NCBI GenBank assembly: GCA_016840095.1 | Contig: JAEOSZ010000031.1 | Location: forward strand, 128,001 to 192,000 | Direction of reading: 5' to 3' | DNA: 64,000 nt | Source of the DNA: Candidatus Heimdallarchaeota archaeon | GTDB lineage: Archaea > Asgardarchaeota > Heimdallarchaeia > Heimdallarchaeales > Heimdallarchaeaceae | Shown: positions 29,634 to 38,966 of the stretch, piece after piece | Layout of the letters: the number at the start of each line of letters is the position of its first letter | Position numbering within the stretch: position 1 is the first letter of the stretch | Position numbers and translations under genes: made by a program | Notes under the pieces: generated by a model | Database searches by the model: none | What the model was told of the DNA's origin: nothing | The model's input: the letters and a program-made list of their open reading frames with translations, nothing else

Positions 29634-31121
29634 TTGCTATGCTTTAAGAGGAAGATTTTTAGAAGAGAAAACATAAGTTTATTATTGGTGTACTCTTTGC
29701 GAAGAAGATTAAGTTTTCAACTTGTCAGTATTTTGTTTTTATTTGGATTTTGTATGGCTTTATTTGTAACAATAGATGTTAAGGCAATTAGCAGAGCAGG
29801 ATGGACCTGGAGTGAAGTTGAAATAGCAACTCATGAAAGTGTAATACCATCAGTTGCACCTGAAGTTGCAATAGATTCATCAGATAATCTCCATCTTGTT
29901 TGGGAAGAATTAACAGGAATCAATTATGCAATGAGAAGTGCACTGACTGAAACATGGTCATCATCAGAAATAGTTTCTGTAGACAGTCTTGCTCTTGCAG
30001 AATTTCCATCAATTGTAATTGACAAATCTGATAATATTCATACGATATGGCAAGACAACACAGACTATTTTGGTACAGCAGGTTCTGACTATGACATATG
30101 TCATTCAATGAAAGCAGCAGAGAGTAGTAGTTGGACGAGTGTTAAAGTGATTTCAACTGAGAGTACTGGAGATTCAGAAATTCCAGAAATAGCCTGTGAT
30201 AGTAATGGTAATCTCCATGTAGTCTATTGGGATGAAACTGATTATCTATCATGTGGTGTTGATAAAGATATATTCTATAAGAAATGGTCTTCATCTTCTT
30301 CTACTTGGGGAGTAGCAGAAGTAGTTTCCACGGAGAGTGATGATGAATCTAGTAATCCTCAGATTTGTGTAGCTGATGATGGACACATTTATGTTGTTTG
30401 GACAGATGATTCGGATTATGATTTTTGTGGAACTGATAGAGATATTTTCTTTAAGCACAAACCTATAGGAGAAGACTGGTCAACTACAGTGGTACTTTCT
30501 TGGTTATCTGATCAAGGAAGTACATTTCCTTCAATGATATGTGAAAATAATGGTAGGATTCATGTTGTATGGGCTGATTTTTCTGATATTTTAGACACAG
30601 GAATAGACTGGGATATACTCTATTGCATGTATGCTCCAATTTTAGAATCTTGGACAAACATAGAACTAGTCTCAGAGATGTGTGATGATGACAGTGGAAA
30701 ACCAGATATAACTATAGATAAATTTGGAGATTTGCATATAGCGTGGCATGATCCGACTCCCTATGGATCTTCAGGAAGCGATTGGGATATACTTTATAGG
30801 ATAAAAGAAGGAGTTACAGGAACTTGGTCTCAGACCTTTGTTGTTTCCACAGATAATGATGGTAATTCATTTTCATCAAAAGTTATCACAGATTCTGCTG
30901 GTTATGTTAATTTCATTTGGCAAGATGATATGGAGTACCTGGGGGATAATTACGATTATGATATGTTTTATAGAAAACTATCTGGACCGATAGAAGAAGC
31001 ACAAACTGGTATCTTTCAAACATTGGATATTGGCGAAATAATTGTGCTTGCTGCTATTGTTGGAGGATTTCAAGTATTATTAGTAGTTATCACTTATCTG
31101 CTATTAAGAAGAAGAAAATAG
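29634..31121 (+). CDS. Surface beta-propeller protein (HVVW/DIFY repeats) with C-terminal TM anchor; paralog of 19721-21481
   Basis: About 7 repeats of the same ~58-aa unit; TM + RRRK; true start may be a few codons downstream. Confidence 0.8.
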   Translation: MLCFKRKIFRRENISLLLVYSLRRRLSFQLVSILFLFGFCMALFVTIDVKAISRAGWTWSEVEIATHESVIPSVAPEVAIDSSDNLHLVWEELTGINYAMRSALTETWSSSEIVSVDSLALAEFPSIVIDKSDNIHTIWQDNTDYFGTAGSDYDICHSMKAAESSSWTSVKVISTESTGDSEIPEIACDSNGNLHVVYWDETDYLSCGVDKDIFYKKWSSSSSTWGVAEVVSTESDDESSNPQICVADDGHIYVVWTDDSDYDFCGTDRDIFFKHKPIGEDWSTTVVLSWLSDQGSTFPSMICENNGRIHVVWADFSDILDTGIDWDILYCMYAPILESWTNIELVSEMCDDDSGKPDITIDKFGDLHIAWHDPTPYGSSGSDWDILYRIKEGVTGTWSQTFVVSTDNDGNSFSSKVITDSAGYVNFIWQDDMEYLGDNYDYDMFYRKLSGPIEEAQTGIFQTLDIGEIIVLAAIVGGFQVLLVVITYLLLRRRK

Positions 31122-31232
31122 GAATAGAAACTTAATGATTTACTCCATCATTTTCTTTCTGCAATTTTCTAAATTTTAGTAGTATTAATCTGAAGTAATT
31201 TAGTTTGTGTAATAGTTTTCTAATTAGCAAAA

Positions 31233-33041
31233 TCAATCAGCTAAAGTATCTGTTACATCTGTTACAGTTTCAGATTCATCTGCTTTTTGAATGGCAACAT
31301 CAATGGGTTCTATATCAATATCTGCAACATAATCGTGTTGTAAGTTGAAGGGGAGATACACAATATCACCAAAAGAGTTCACTTCTGCAAATTTACCGAA
31401 TTCGGGTATAAATATTGAGTACGGATCAAAATATTCTGTAGATAGCAATCTTCTCATATCATAAGATGCTTCTTCATTGTTAAGAGCTAAGCATATATTT
31501 GAAAGATAAATTTCAATTTCGGAATTGAGTTTTGGAGTGAATGACATATAGAAATTTCCATGGAGCTCTCTCATTCTTTTCTCAAACACTTCTAAAGAGA
31601 TTTCCTTTCTAATTGTAAGAATCAAGTTTCCAGTAAGAGCAAATGCAAGTGAATTTCGAGGTTCATATAGAGAGTTTTCAGAAAGATTGAGTAATTTGTA
31701 TGCATATCCTTCAAGTTTAGAAAATTGTTCTTTACGAGTAGCTAGAGTTGTTAAGAACATAACGTATAAACCATTTAACTTAGGATATCTTTTCATCCCA
31801 TCCTTAGAGAAGAAATATGTATACTCTCTTTCAAGTTGATCTAAATGACTAAAATCATCAGTATAGGTTGTTATTAGTCCTCCATAGTAGATGATTTCTT
31901 CAAGCATTCCAGCGATTCCATCAGCCATTTGACTGTTTATGAATTCTTCATCGTCCATTAGATGTTTGTATTTATCAAGATATTTCCATAACTCAGGCAT
32001 TACTTCCTTTTCTATTTTCACTACTTCTTGTACTTCCTCTTTAATAATTAGTTTATATGATGATCTTAATCCTTTGATAAACACTTTGGTAACTTCAAGT
32101 TCATAGATTGTTTCACTTACATCATTGTCAGTTAATGGATTATCATTAAGGTTGAAAAATCCTTTATCTATGTGAGACTGTAAATCAGCAACATATTCGT
32201 CTCCTTTCTTAAGGAGATTATCCATAGAATCTAATAATTTTTCAGGATCTGTAAAATCTATAACTTCCTTATTAGTTTCAATTCTTATATCCTCTCTAAA
32301 TAAATATCTTTGAAGTTCTAGAAGAAAAGTGATAATATAATCAATAGCAGCAAAAGTTGCATAATACATTGAATAATTGCGCTCTTTGGGTATTTTTTTT
32401 GCTAATTCAATATTTTTTCGAATATTCCAAAATTCGTCCATATAATTGATATATTGTATACTCGCTTTGATTCCTTCTGTCATCCAATGCTCTAAATCAT
32501 GCCTGTAAATTTGAGTAAGAGAATCGCATAAGCTAAAGAAGAAAAGATAAGCTGAACTAAGATAATTGAGTATAAGTTTTCTTCTTCTGTGAAATTCGTG
32601 ATGATCCCAATCAACAACGAGGTTTTTGACATCTAATGTAGATATCCCGATTAACATGTTTGCTAAAGCATGAGCAGAACCAGCTATTTGTAACTCACCT
32701 GCATGTCCATATTGAAGAGCATACATTGAAGCATATCTTAACCTGAAAAGTTCTAGTTCATACCATTGTATAGGTAATTTATCTTGTGGAAGATTGGTTA
32801 GAATTAGAGTAATTTTTTCTAAAACCTTTTCAAAGAATAAAGAGGCTTCATCAGAGTTCATCAGAAGGTCATCAGGAATTTCTCCCAAAATGTGTTTCAG
32901 TTCATCAACTCTTTGTGAAACAAGAATTCTCACTCTGGTTTCGGAATAGGTCTTCCAGTTAACATTATCAACTACACTTCGAATGTTGTCCAATAATTCT
33001 AATACTTCTTCAGTATACAGTTTTCCTGTCATTACTTCCAC
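31233..33041 (-). CDS. Hypothetical alpha-helical cytoplasmic protein (602 aa)
   Basis: Long ORF with normal composition; no motif recognised; acidic tail. Confidence 0.7.
   Translation of the reverse strand: MEVMTGKLYTEEVLELLDNIRSVVDNVNWKTYSETRVRILVSQRVDELKHILGEIPDDLLMNSDEASLFFEKVLEKITLILTNLPQDKLPIQWYELELFRLRYASMYALQYGHAGELQIAGSAHALANMLIGISTLDVKNLVVDWDHHEFHRRRKLILNYLSSAYLFFFSLCDSLTQIYRHDLEHWMTEGIKASIQYINYMDEFWNIRKNIELAKKIPKERNYSMYYATFAAIDYIITFLLELQRYLFREDIRIETNKEVIDFTDPEKLLDSMDNLLKKGDEYVADLQSHIDKGFFNLNDNPLTDNDVSETIYELEVTKVFIKGLRSSYKLIIKEEVQEVVKIEKEVMPELWKYLDKYKHLMDDEEFINSQMADGIAGMLEEIIYYGGLITTYTDDFSHLDQLEREYTYFFSKDGMKRYPKLNGLYVMFLTTLATRKEQFSKLEGYAYKLLNLSENSLYEPRNSLAFALTGNLILTIRKEISLEVFEKRMRELHGNFYMSFTPKLNSEIEIYLSNICLALNNEEASYDMRRLLSTEYFDPYSIFIPEFGKFAEVNSFGDIVYLPFNLQHDYVADIDIEPIDVAIQKADESETVTDVTDTLAD
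31235..31284. repeat. 50-bp direct repeat, copy B (last codons of the 31233-33041 CDS)
   Basis: Encodes ADESETVTDVTDTLAD; 48/50 identical to 29554-29603. Confidence 0.95.
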
Positions 33042-33158
33042 AACGATTCAAGTGTATGGTTTCTAGCAAACCATTCGAAACCTTACGAGAATATAAAAGT
33101 TACATCAGTTTTTAAAATTACTCTTGAGGTAATAGCTAAAAAGAAGAAAAAGGATAGA

Positions 33159-34004
33159 CTAGTTCTCAATAAAATAGAAGTGACATGACTTGTTGACAAT
33201 CTTCCAGCAATCCTCAACTTTTAGCAGAGTTAGGTAATCTGTTGTATGTCCTATTCCTTTCGGAGTTAAAGCTTTCCAGTACATAACAGCAACAGCAGCA
33301 GTTCCTCTCTGATCTATTTGTTTGATTTCTGTTTCATACTTTACTCCATCAGTTTTATGTGTTTCAAGAACCTCTTTCCAAACAGCATATGGTCGAAATT
33401 GATTCCTAAATTTCTGAGTATCTTGGTCAACTGAATTTAATCTCATTGATGGATGAAATGTATGTTTTATCTTTTCTAGATCCCAATCATGAAATGCCTC
33501 TACATAAACTTCCAAACATTTAGTAATTTGTTCAATTTCATCTGGATCATTAAATGGTAATGAACTCTCCCCATTGATTCTTTGTTCTAGCTCTGAATAT
33601 TCAAGACTTACTGTGTGACCTGATTTGTTAACAATTTTCCAGTCTGTATCAAATTTCATCAGTGTGAGATAATCCGTAGTATCTCTATAGTTCTGAGGAT
33701 CATCCGCTAAGAATCTTACTCTTGCGAAGGCTACAGATTCATGTTGACTGATACTTTCAACGTTTACATAATAGTTTACTTCAGGATCATTTATTTGATT
33801 GCGTAGGAAATCTTCAACCCAACGATAGCAAAGGCCATTATAGAACCTGTTGCTTTCAGGAATGTACCAATATACCATAGAGTCAGAATGAAATGCACGA
33901 ACTAATTTGTCTAGATTCCACTCATTAAATGCTTCCTCATATAATTGGATTGTTCTTTCTATGCTTTCAATTTCATGAGTTTCTCCCTTAAACATTAACT
34001 TCAC
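33159..34004 (-). CDS. NTF2-like (Lumazine_bd_2/SnoaL-like) protein with two tandem domains
   Basis: Two copies of Y.EAF..W...K...FH...TTDYLTL.K....WKIVNKS; likely start ATG 33995 after GAGGTGA. Confidence 0.85.
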   Translation of the reverse strand: MKLMFKGETHEIESIERTIQLYEEAFNEWNLDKLVRAFHSDSMVYWYIPESNRFYNGLCYRWVEDFLRNQINDPEVNYYVNVESISQHESVAFARVRFLADDPQNYRDTTDYLTLMKFDTDWKIVNKSGHTVSLEYSELEQRINGESSLPFNDPDEIEQITKCLEVYVEAFHDWDLEKIKHTFHPSMRLNSVDQDTQKFRNQFRPYAVWKEVLETHKTDGVKYETEIKQIDQRGTAAVAVMYWKALTPKGIGHTTDYLTLLKVEDCWKIVNKSCHFYFIEN

Positions 34005-34010
34005 CTCTTC

Positions 34011-34403
34011 TTATTCTTCTGCTATACCATAAATTTTTGATACTATTTTCCAATCTGTTTTTATCTTAATCAGAGAGATGTAATCAACATAAATTCTACT
34101 AACATCTCCTCTCTTTTCTTGCCATTTTAGTTTAACACAAGATGCGTTATCATAGAAGTCAATACTTTTAATTTCAGCTTTTTGAGTTAATTTGATAGTG
34201 GGTTTTGATGAAGGTCTGGATTCAAGCATGGTAATAGTTCTTAGAGATTCAGAATCTGAATCATAGGATATCTTCAGTCCTTGGGGATGCCAAGAGCTTT
34301 CTGCTTTGTCAAAGTCGAATTCTCGAACACCTTCTACATATTTGAGAATCGCATCCTCAATCTTTTCTTTCTCTTTGCTTTCTACTGCTTCCATCATTAT
34401 CAC
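34011..34403 (-). CDS. NTF2-like (Lumazine_bd_2) single-domain protein
   Basis: YVEG...WHP...YVDYISLIK...WKIVSK. Confidence 0.85.
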   Translation of the reverse strand: MIMMEAVESKEKEKIEDAILKYVEGVREFDFDKAESSWHPQGLKISYDSDSESLRTITMLESRPSSKPTIKLTQKAEIKSIDFYDNASCVKLKWQEKRGDVSRIYVDYISLIKIKTDWKIVSKIYGIAEE

Positions 34404-34477
34404 TCAGAAGATTACAGTACCTCGTCTGTTGTAAGACAACATCGTAAACATGTTGAAAATAATATGCGCTGGTCGGT

Positions 34478-34505
34478 TGTGCAAACCAATGCACACTTAT
34501 ATATC
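34478..34505 (-). promoter_or_regulatory. TATA box (TATATAAG, minus strand) immediately followed by palindrome TGTGCA-N6-TGCACA
   Basis: Seen directly; position matches an archaeal repressor operator. Confidence 0.5.
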
Positions 34506-34624
34506 TTACTAACAATGTCTTGTGGAAATTTTTACTTTAATTTTGAAGAATTCTAATTACTTTGTAGGTATGTTCATTATTACAATATGTTTATAAATTT
34601 TCAAAAGAAACTTATACGATTCAA

Positions 34625-35551
34625 ATGAAAAACAGCCAAAGAAATCAACTACTTTCTATTATCTCAATCTTAATTTTTGTAAGCTCTTTTTCGATATCAT
34701 CACTACAATCACAAGCTAAGACAGATTTTATTTCTCAACCAATACAGGTATCAACTTTAACTCCTAGTGAGTCTATTCTAATATATAACAATGGTAATTT
34801 CAGTGACTACTCATTACCTGGAACTGGTACTGCACAAGATCCCTTTCGAATTGAAAATTATAATGTCACAACTCTAAATAATATTGGAATAAAGGTTCAA
34901 GACACAACAGATCATTTTGTAATTCAGAATTGCTATATTGATGCATCCTTTACAGGTATAGCAGTAAATGGCGTCACACCAGGAACTGGGAAGATTTCTA
35001 ATGTGATATGTGTAAATCATGAATATTATGGAATTGCTATAGTTGCATCTCAAATTACTATAGAGGATAGCTTAATCAAAGAAAGCACAGAGAATTTTGG
35101 TTGGGGAATACTATTGTTAGAATCTTCTGAAATCAATATAACTAATAATACTTGTTTAAACAATAATTATGGATTAATTGTCCAAGACTCAAACTCTAGT
35201 TATATACACTATAATACATTTGAAGATAATATAGATCATGGAGTATATCTGCAATCTAGTTCAAAAAATAATATAGTTCACCACAACAAATTCATTAACA
35301 ATAATGAAGGGGCATCTCATCAAGCAAGTGATGATGGAACTGATAATGTTTGGTATGAAGAATCTACAAAAGAGGGGAATTATTGGGACAATTGGAACGA
35401 TCCAAAAACACCTGTTCCAATTTTAGGCTCAGCTGGGAGTGAAGACCCCTATCCTTTGGAAGAAGATCTTACTAGAGAAGCTAATCTCTACTTAATATCG
35501 ATACTTTTTGGTTTAGTACTTATTGCATATAGAAGAAGAAAGAAGAGTTAA
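34625..35551 (+). CDS. Parallel beta-helix (NosD-like) surface protein with C-terminal TM anchor
   Basis: GTGTAQDPFRIENY; HHNKFINN...QASDDG..N.W...GNYW...DPYPL; TM + RRRKK. Confidence 0.88.
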   Translation: MKNSQRNQLLSIISILIFVSSFSISSLQSQAKTDFISQPIQVSTLTPSESILIYNNGNFSDYSLPGTGTAQDPFRIENYNVTTLNNIGIKVQDTTDHFVIQNCYIDASFTGIAVNGVTPGTGKISNVICVNHEYYGIAIVASQITIEDSLIKESTENFGWGILLLESSEINITNNTCLNNNYGLIVQDSNSSYIHYNTFEDNIDHGVYLQSSSKNNIVHHNKFINNNEGASHQASDDGTDNVWYEESTKEGNYWDNWNDPKTPVPILGSAGSEDPYPLEEDLTREANLYLISILFGLVLIAYRRRKKS

Positions 35552-35632
35552 ACCTTCTATTTTCTATTTTTTCGCAGTTGTCCACGTATTAGTGTTCACA
35601 AAATTGTTAAAGTGATTATGTGATTTTGACTT

Positions 35633-36598
35633 GTGAATATCTTAATAACTGGAGCTTTTGGAAATCTTGGACTTAGCACAATAAAATCCTTAGTTAATAC
35701 TAACCACCAAATAACTTGTTTTGATTTACCTACAAAACAGAACAAGAAAACTTATCGAAAATTATCAAAAGAGCATGATATTTCTGTTGTTTGGGGGAAT
35801 ATTCTAGATAAAACAAGTATTTTTCTTGCAACAAAAGATAAGGACTGTATTATACATCTAGTGGCAATTACACCTCCTTTGTCAGAAAGACTACAAGAAT
35901 TTGCATATAAGATCAATGTTCAGGGAACTAAGAATTTAGTTGATGTACTTAAGAAACAAGATCTTTCTCCACGAATAATCTATGTAAGTTCAGTAACTGT
36001 TTATGGACCACGTCATCCTGAATCTTCCTTATTAACAGTAAACACACCTGTAAACCCATCCGATGTCTATTCAAAAACAAAAGTTGAGGTTGAGGAGATT
36101 TTAGGAAATAGTAATTTTTCTTGGGTAATATTGAGATTAACAGCTGTTCCTGATTTGAAGCTCTCAGGGAATATCAAACTTGAACCCATTTATTCCATTC
36201 CACTTATGCAAAAAATAGAATTTCTCCACACTTACGATGCTGGTACTGCAATAGCAAATTCTGTAGATATTACTCTAGTAAACAAAATTTTTCTTGTTGG
36301 TGGTGGAAAAAATAATCAATTCACAAACAAAGAATTTCTTGGTAGATATTTCAGGATTTTAGGCTTAGGTAAACTCCCACTGAAAATCTTCAAATTACCA
36401 AAATCAGAAAGTGATTGGTATTATACTCACTGGATGGATACTGAAGAGTCTCAAAATATTTTGAAATATCAAAATCATAGTTATGATGATTTCTTAGAAA
36501 AATTCAGTATGAATTTTGGCGTTTTAAGGTATATCATGATAGTTTTAAGACCTCTAATAAAAATGATTATCAAGAAAAAATCCCCTTATAGAAAATAG
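35633..36598 (+). CDS. NAD-dependent epimerase/dehydratase (extended SDR)
   Basis: ITGAFGNLG, INVQGT, SSVTVYG, YSKTK. Confidence 0.9.
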   Translation: MNILITGAFGNLGLSTIKSLVNTNHQITCFDLPTKQNKKTYRKLSKEHDISVVWGNILDKTSIFLATKDKDCIIHLVAITPPLSERLQEFAYKINVQGTKNLVDVLKKQDLSPRIIYVSSVTVYGPRHPESSLLTVNTPVNPSDVYSKTKVEVEEILGNSNFSWVILRLTAVPDLKLSGNIKLEPIYSIPLMQKIEFLHTYDAGTAIANSVDITLVNKIFLVGGGKNNQFTNKEFLGRYFRILGLGKLPLKIFKLPKSESDWYYTHWMDTEESQNILKYQNHSYDDFLEKFSMNFGVLRYIMIVLRPLIKMIIKKKSPYRK

Positions 36599-36640
36599 TT
36601 TTCAGATAAACTAATATTCTAGAAATTAGAAATTTATAGG

Positions 36641-37489
36641 ATGACTGAAAATCCTGTTGAATCTGAGTTTCTTGAAGATGTTAAGAATTGGTTTTTACAG
36701 AATCATATAGAAGATACAGTTAGAGCTGTCTTATTGATAGGTTCGTGGGCTGAGGATCGAGCTAAGAAGTTGAGTGATGTCGATGTTTTAATTGTTAAAG
36801 AAGATCAAACTCCTTTCATACAGAATGTCAAAATACCTTATGAAGAACGCATTCTTGATGTATGGTATCATAATGAGGACTATATGAAAAGTACTATCAA
36901 CAAGAAAATCGAAAACTTAGGAGACATTTATCAGATTTCTCTATATCTGTCATTTACTAAGTCATGTAAGATTTGGTATGAGAAAGATAATTTTGTACAA
37001 CAGCATCTACAAGTTTGTAAGGAATGGCAGTGGCAACCTGAACACAGAATATACATCAAGATGATGGGAGAACCTCCAAACACTAAGTGGGCTGCTAGAG
37101 CTTATGAGGAAAATCTTAAGCTCCTAAGCTTGTATGAAAACCGATTTGATAATGGACAAGCACTAACTCATAGACTGAAAGACTATGTGGAAATGTATGA
37201 AGAAATTGAAGAGGAGAAGGTTATTGACTTGTACAAGAAAATTGTTTCTCTTTACAGTCACATAAAATCAGAAAGAGAGTGGACAGAAATAACAGATGCT
37301 AGGAAAGCTATTCAAGAAAAGAATTGGTCTCTTGCTTTTGTATCTTTGAAAGATGTTCTTTACTACTTATTGAAAAGATATATTTCTCCACCTTCTATGG
37401 AGTTAAGAGATCCTAGCTTCTGGAAACTAGCAGAAGAAAGAATACTTCCACAAGAGTATATCAGAGCTCTAGAATTAGCATACTTGTAG
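36641..37489 (+). CDS. Pol-beta-superfamily nucleotidyltransferase with C-terminal helical domain
   Basis: LLIGSWA...SDVDVLIV and third Asp in ILDVW. Confidence 0.75.
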   Translation: MTENPVESEFLEDVKNWFLQNHIEDTVRAVLLIGSWAEDRAKKLSDVDVLIVKEDQTPFIQNVKIPYEERILDVWYHNEDYMKSTINKKIENLGDIYQISLYLSFTKSCKIWYEKDNFVQQHLQVCKEWQWQPEHRIYIKMMGEPPNTKWAARAYEENLKLLSLYENRFDNGQALTHRLKDYVEMYEEIEEEKVIDLYKKIVSLYSHIKSEREWTEITDARKAIQEKNWSLAFVSLKDVLYYLLKRYISPPSMELRDPSFWKLAEERILPQEYIRALELAYL

Positions 37490-37497
37490 CGTATTTT

Positions 37498-37950
37498 TTA
37501 CTTTATTAAGTGCTTAAATTTAATTTGAAAATCTAATATGATCTGCTCCAGTTTCTCTACGAAATTTTCAGTTTGAAAATATATCGCTTTGTTCAGATAC
37601 CCGTCCAACTCGTCCCAGTTGACAATTTCATAAACCAATCGTAAAAATCTTTTTGCACTAGAAGAACGAACCCTTGGATATAAACCTACAACTAGGATGA
37701 AATCTTCTTTGGTGCGAAAATAATAGTTTACTCCTTCCATTTGAATAGAATAGAGCTCAGAACCAAGTTCTCTCGAGAAAGCTATCATAGCTGCACTGAA
37801 GCCAGAAAAGAGAAGCTCATCCATTACTTCACTGACATACGATCGATGAAAAACTGCTAAACCACTCAAATCAACAACTGTAAATCGTAACAAAGGTGGT
37901 TTCGCGGGAATGTCTGGTTGTTCCCTTATGATAGAAGCTTCAAAATTCAA
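37498..37950 (-). CDS. Small stand-alone longin/roadblock-like protein
   Basis: VVDLSGLAVF...DELLFSGFSAAMIAFSRELG...SIQMEG, the pattern of Asgard longin-like domains. Confidence 0.65.
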   Translation of the reverse strand: MNFEASIIREQPDIPAKPPLLRFTVVDLSGLAVFHRSYVSEVMDELLFSGFSAAMIAFSRELGSELYSIQMEGVNYYFRTKEDFILVVGLYPRVRSSSAKRFLRLVYEIVNWDELDGYLNKAIYFQTENFVEKLEQIILDFQIKFKHLIK

Positions 37951-38067
37951 ATAAGCACCTTTTTTCTAATCAAGATTCAATATACAGAACCATGTAATAA
38001 AAGTGTGTCGTAAGAAATAGTACCAGGAGAAAAATTCCTTCTGGAAAACACTTTTAATCTATCTAAA

Positions 38068-38865
38068 ATGTTTCATCATATGCGAGCAATTATTGTACTA
38101 ACTCATTCTGAATGTAAAAGACTGATTGCTAAAGGTATAGCTGAACTTCCAGAAGTGAAGGAAGCTTTAGAAAAACATAGAATTTTTGTCTCAAGAGGTT
38201 CCACAAACGCTTATGTGTTAGAGGAGCTACTTGGAGAACCAATCGAAAAACGTCATTATGTTGCAGGACAAATGACCGGAGATAAAAAAACACTTTATCG
38301 TTTTGGAAGTCTAAGAGCAGAGAAAAGATTGAAAGAAATCGTAATAGACAAAGGAGTAAAGAAAGAAGTAGATGATTTCAAGGAAGCCCTTTTAGAATTT
38401 GAACCAGGAGATCTAATCTTCAAAGGAGGAAACACTCTAGGAAGTGATGGTGTTGCTGGAGTGTATATGGCTCATCCAATTGGTGGAACAATAGGAGGAA
38501 TTTTACCTATTGCTTTAGCTAGAGGCATTGAGATTTTTGTTCCGATTAGCTTATCGAGAAGTGTTGATGATAGTGTTTGGGAATTATCTCAGATTATGGG
38601 AAATCAAACGATAGATAAAGAATATGCAATGGGATTACCAATTGGAATAATGCCTATCCCAGGAGAAGTATTTACCGAATTAGAAGCATTTGATATTCTT
38701 TATCCTGAAGTAAATGTTTTTCACATAGGCTCAAGTGGAGTAGGTACTGGGGAAGGATCTTTACACTTTCTGTTTGTTGGAGAAGATGAAAAAGTTAAAG
38801 CTGCTTATCAAGGTATGGTAAAATTAGCTAAGTCAGATACAAAGTATGTTCCAGATACAGATTAA
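38068..38865 (+). CDS. Conserved hypothetical protein (possibly NagB/RpiA/CoA-transferase-like fold)
   Basis: LT.SE.KRLIAKGI, GSTNAYV.EEL, FKGGN, GGTIG, G.GEG recalled from a conserved anaerobe family; the fold is inference. Confidence 0.6.
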   Translation: MFHHMRAIIVLTHSECKRLIAKGIAELPEVKEALEKHRIFVSRGSTNAYVLEELLGEPIEKRHYVAGQMTGDKKTLYRFGSLRAEKRLKEIVIDKGVKKEVDDFKEALLEFEPGDLIFKGGNTLGSDGVAGVYMAHPIGGTIGGILPIALARGIEIFVPISLSRSVDDSVWELSQIMGNQTIDKEYAMGLPIGIMPIPGEVFTELEAFDILYPEVNVFHIGSSGVGTGEGSLHFLFVGEDEKVKAAYQGMVKLAKSDTKYVPDTD

Positions 38866-38897
38866 ATCTTTTTTTATCTTTTTCATTTTTATTTTTG
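38866..38897 (+). terminator. Oligo-T archaeal-type terminator after the 38068 gene
   Basis: Several T5-T8 runs directly after the stop codon. Confidence 0.45.
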
Positions 38898-38966
38898 TAA
38901 GAAGTGATAGTATAAAAATTCAATTCTAATTAGATTCAGTTAGACTAATTTTATTTGGTGTAATAA

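Noticed and set aside
21571-31230. 19/20-bp inverted match between 21571-21590 and 31211-31230, each near a propeller gene
   Set aside because: Very AT-rich and resembles a generic BRE/TATA; a chance match of this size is plausible in 64 kb
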